Origin: a virus
Taxonomy: Duplodnaviria; Caudoviricetes
DNA length: 47,662 bases
Virus record (IMG/VR): IMGVR_UViG_3300028638_000445
Location: 1-47,662 of that record
Reading direction: 5' to 3' (one strand)
Numbering within the stretch: the stretch's first letter is position 1; every line of letters begins with the position of its first letter. This document shows, piece after piece, positions 45,894 to 47,662 of this stretch. A program made the position numbers and the translations under genes. The notes beneath the pieces were generated by a model. It searched no databases and had not been told where the DNA came from. It saw only the letters and a list, made by a program, of their open reading frames with translations.

Positions 45894-46274
45894 ATGAGTT
45901 CTCAAACTAGACGGCATCTTATAGCAAGTAAAATCAAATCATTACGCGAGCAAATTGGTATGACACAAAAAGACTTTGCTGATTATGTCGGATTGGCTCC
46001 GACTACAATAAGTAGTTATGAAACAGGACACAGATCACCTGATATCCAAACATTAGAAATTATCGCCGATAAACTAAATGTACCTATAGCAGAAATATTA
46101 TGCTTAGATAACACAGAAACCACAACCTTATCTGGTGTTGAAGTTCCAAACGAATTGAAAAATCTTGACATTGAAAGTATTCAGATTCTTAAAGAGTTAA
46201 AAGAATCAGGAATGGACGCAGATGAAATCAAAGCTGTCCTTGAGCTCGTGAAGACGATCCGAAAAACAAAATAA
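45894..46274 (+). CDS. CI/ImmR-like repressor (XRE HTH, no S24 peptidase domain)
   Basis: IKSLREQIGMTQKDFADYVGLAPTTISSYETGHRSP. Only 126 aa, with a short helical C-terminus. AAGGTG SD. Confidence 0.88.
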   Translation: MSSQTRRHLIASKIKSLREQIGMTQKDFADYVGLAPTTISSYETGHRSPDIQTLEIIADKLNVPIAEILCLDNTETTTLSGVEVPNELKNLDIESIQILKELKESGMDADEIKAVLELVKTIRKTK

Positions 46275-46277
46275 ATC

Positions 46278-46314
46278 GAGCAGCTGAAAATATGGCTGCT
46301 CTTTCTATTTTTTT
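46278..46314. terminator. Terminator between the convergent repressor and micro-ORF
   Basis: GAGCAGC (46278-84)/GCTGCTC (46295-301), T-rich on the right and A-rich on the left. Confidence 0.65.
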
Positions 46315-46403
46315 GGTATAAAATCAAGATTAACATAAGTAACTCCGTTTATTCTTACGTGATCGATCGTCGAGACGCCAAGAGACACGAATTTTATCTG
46401 CAT
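46305..46403 (-). CDS. 32-aa micro-protein under predicted LexA control, not in the ORF track
   Basis: MQIKFVSLGVSTIDHVRINGVTYVNLDFIPKK. GAGGGG SD, own promoter, SOS box and downstream terminator. Confidence 0.7.
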   Translation of the reverse strand: MQIKFVSLGVSTIDHVRINGVTYVNLDFIPKK

Positions 46404-46417
46404 TTAATCCCCTCTTG

Positions 46418-46453
46418 TAGAACGCGTGTTCTATTTCTGATATGATTATACCA
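46418..46453 (-). promoter_or_regulatory. Firmicute LexA (SOS) box downstream of an extended -10 promoter
   Basis: TAGAAC-GCGT-GTTCTA (46418-33) matches GAAC-N4-GTTC. TGGTATAAT on the minus strand at 46445-46453. Confidence 0.8.
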
Positions 46454-46576
46454 TACAGTTTTGTATTCCGGGAGAAGAAATTATCGAAAATTGTCTGACA
46501 ATTATTACAAGTCCAGACTTACATAACCTCTCAAATACAAACACCTATTGAAAACAAAAGGGATGGGGATAGTCAT

Positions 46577-47662
46577 ATGCCAGCTTACAAAGACGAGAAG
46601 CGCGGAACCTGGTATGCCAAATTCAACTACTACGACTGGACAGGAACTACAAAACAAAAAATGCAGCGTGGATTTAAGACTCAAAAGGAAGCCAAGGCAT
46701 TTGAACGCGAGTTCCTTAGTAAATCGAACGCCAGCCCCAACATGGCATTTAGTCATTTCGTAGAGCTTTACATGGAAGACTGTAAATCGCGCTTAAAACC
46801 AACTACCTATGAAAGCAAAGAATTCGCTGTGAATACCAAAATCCTGCCTTATTTCAAAGACATGCCTCTCAATTCAATTGAACCGGCAACCGTTAGAAAG
46901 TGGCAAAATGAATTGCTGACTCACGAGAATAACTATTCACAGACATACCTCAAGACAATAAATAATCAGTTATCAGCCATATTCAACTTTGCTATGAAGT
47001 ATTATAAGCTCCCATCTAATCCAGCAAGGATCTGCGGATCTATGGGCAAAAAGAATGCTGACGAGATGAATTTCTGGACCTTGGATGAATTCAATAGATT
47101 TATCAAGTATTCTGATAATCCCACTTATACAACGATTTATCAGATTCTATTCTGGACAGGGATCCGGATCGGCGAATGCCTGGCTTTGACTCTAAATGAC
47201 TTTGATCTAGTAGAGCATTCAGTTAGCATCAATAAAAACTATGCGCGGCATCAAAAGACCGACCTGATCCTCGATCCGAAAACACCAAAGTCAAAAAGGA
47301 TTATTACCATACCTGATTATCTTACGGATATAGTACGAGATTATGCTTCGAAGTTGTATGACTACGATCCGGAAGATCGCTTATTTCCGTTTCCAAGAAC
47401 CACGATGAACGGCCACATAGTGCGTATAGTAAAGAAATCTGGTGTAAAGAGAATCCGGATACATGATCTTCGACATTCCCATGCTTCTTTGCTGATAGAA
47501 ATGGGAGTATCACCGCTCCTAATTTCAGAGCGTTTAGGACACGAAAATATTGAGACAACCCTCCAAACTTATTCGCATCTTTATCCAAATAAGCATGGCG
47601 AAGTACGCTTAAAATTGCAAGAAATGACACAGAAAACCACGATTGACACCACTGAAAAATAA
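46577..47662 (+). CDS. int: Tyrosine recombinase (phage/ICEBs1-type integrase)
   Basis: N-terminal arm-binding motif GTWYAKF..RGFKTQKEA. Catalytic TGIRIGE, PKT, HDLRHSH, RLGH and TYSH. Confidence 0.96.
   Translation: MPAYKDEKRGTWYAKFNYYDWTGTTKQKMQRGFKTQKEAKAFEREFLSKSNASPNMAFSHFVELYMEDCKSRLKPTTYESKEFAVNTKILPYFKDMPLNSIEPATVRKWQNELLTHENNYSQTYLKTINNQLSAIFNFAMKYYKLPSNPARICGSMGKKNADEMNFWTLDEFNRFIKYSDNPTYTTIYQILFWTGIRIGECLALTLNDFDLVEHSVSINKNYARHQKTDLILDPKTPKSKRIITIPDYLTDIVRDYASKLYDYDPEDRLFPFPRTTMNGHIVRIVKKSGVKRIRIHDLRHSHASLLIEMGVSPLLISERLGHENIETTLQTYSHLYPNKHGEVRLKLQEMTQKTTIDTTEK

Larger units (their letters stand above)
12365..47662. mobile_element. Temperate prophage with podovirus-type morphogenesis module (ends approximate)
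   Basis: Complete gene order from integrase through lysogeny, replication, packaging, head, short tail and lysis. No tape measure, tail tube or sheath. att sites not found; the left block may or may not be cargo. Confidence 0.93.

Overview
The window holds most or all of a temperate Firmicute (Clostridia-like) prophage, about 12.4-47.7 kb, plus an AT-rich accessory/defence block, 1-12.3 kb. Read right to left, the prophage encodes: a tyrosine integrase; a cI/cro-like switch; an Xis-like protein and antirepressor; a recombination/replication module (SbcC-like ATPase, RecT-like, MBL hydrolase, initiator, RusA, SSB); terminases, portal, scaffold and capsid; a podovirus-type tail with no tape measure or tail tube and two paralogous beta-propeller proteins; a 2857-aa polyvalent protein; and lysis genes. 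The left block has an N4C-type methylase paired with a GHKL/MORC ATPase-nuclease fusion, a BbvI-like C5 methylase with a FokI-type endonuclease and Vsr, AbrB, a SHOCT protein and a CoiA-like nuclease. The most notable signals not in the ORF track are: (1) a 32-aa micro-ORF with its own promoter and a perfect LexA box, converging on a repressor that has no autocleavage domain, a candidate SOS-induced mini-antirepressor; (2) a perfect 90-nt four-way junction inside a larger structured non-coding tract; (3) tandem NrdR-like boxes 31 bp apart bracketing two DnaA boxes in the early region; (4) a Cys-containing GP88/radical-SAM-like domain inside the polyvalent protein; (5) a dual-start lysis gene with a hairpin-occluded SD. 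All family calls come from motif recognition by eye and no database searches were run. The att sites could not be located.
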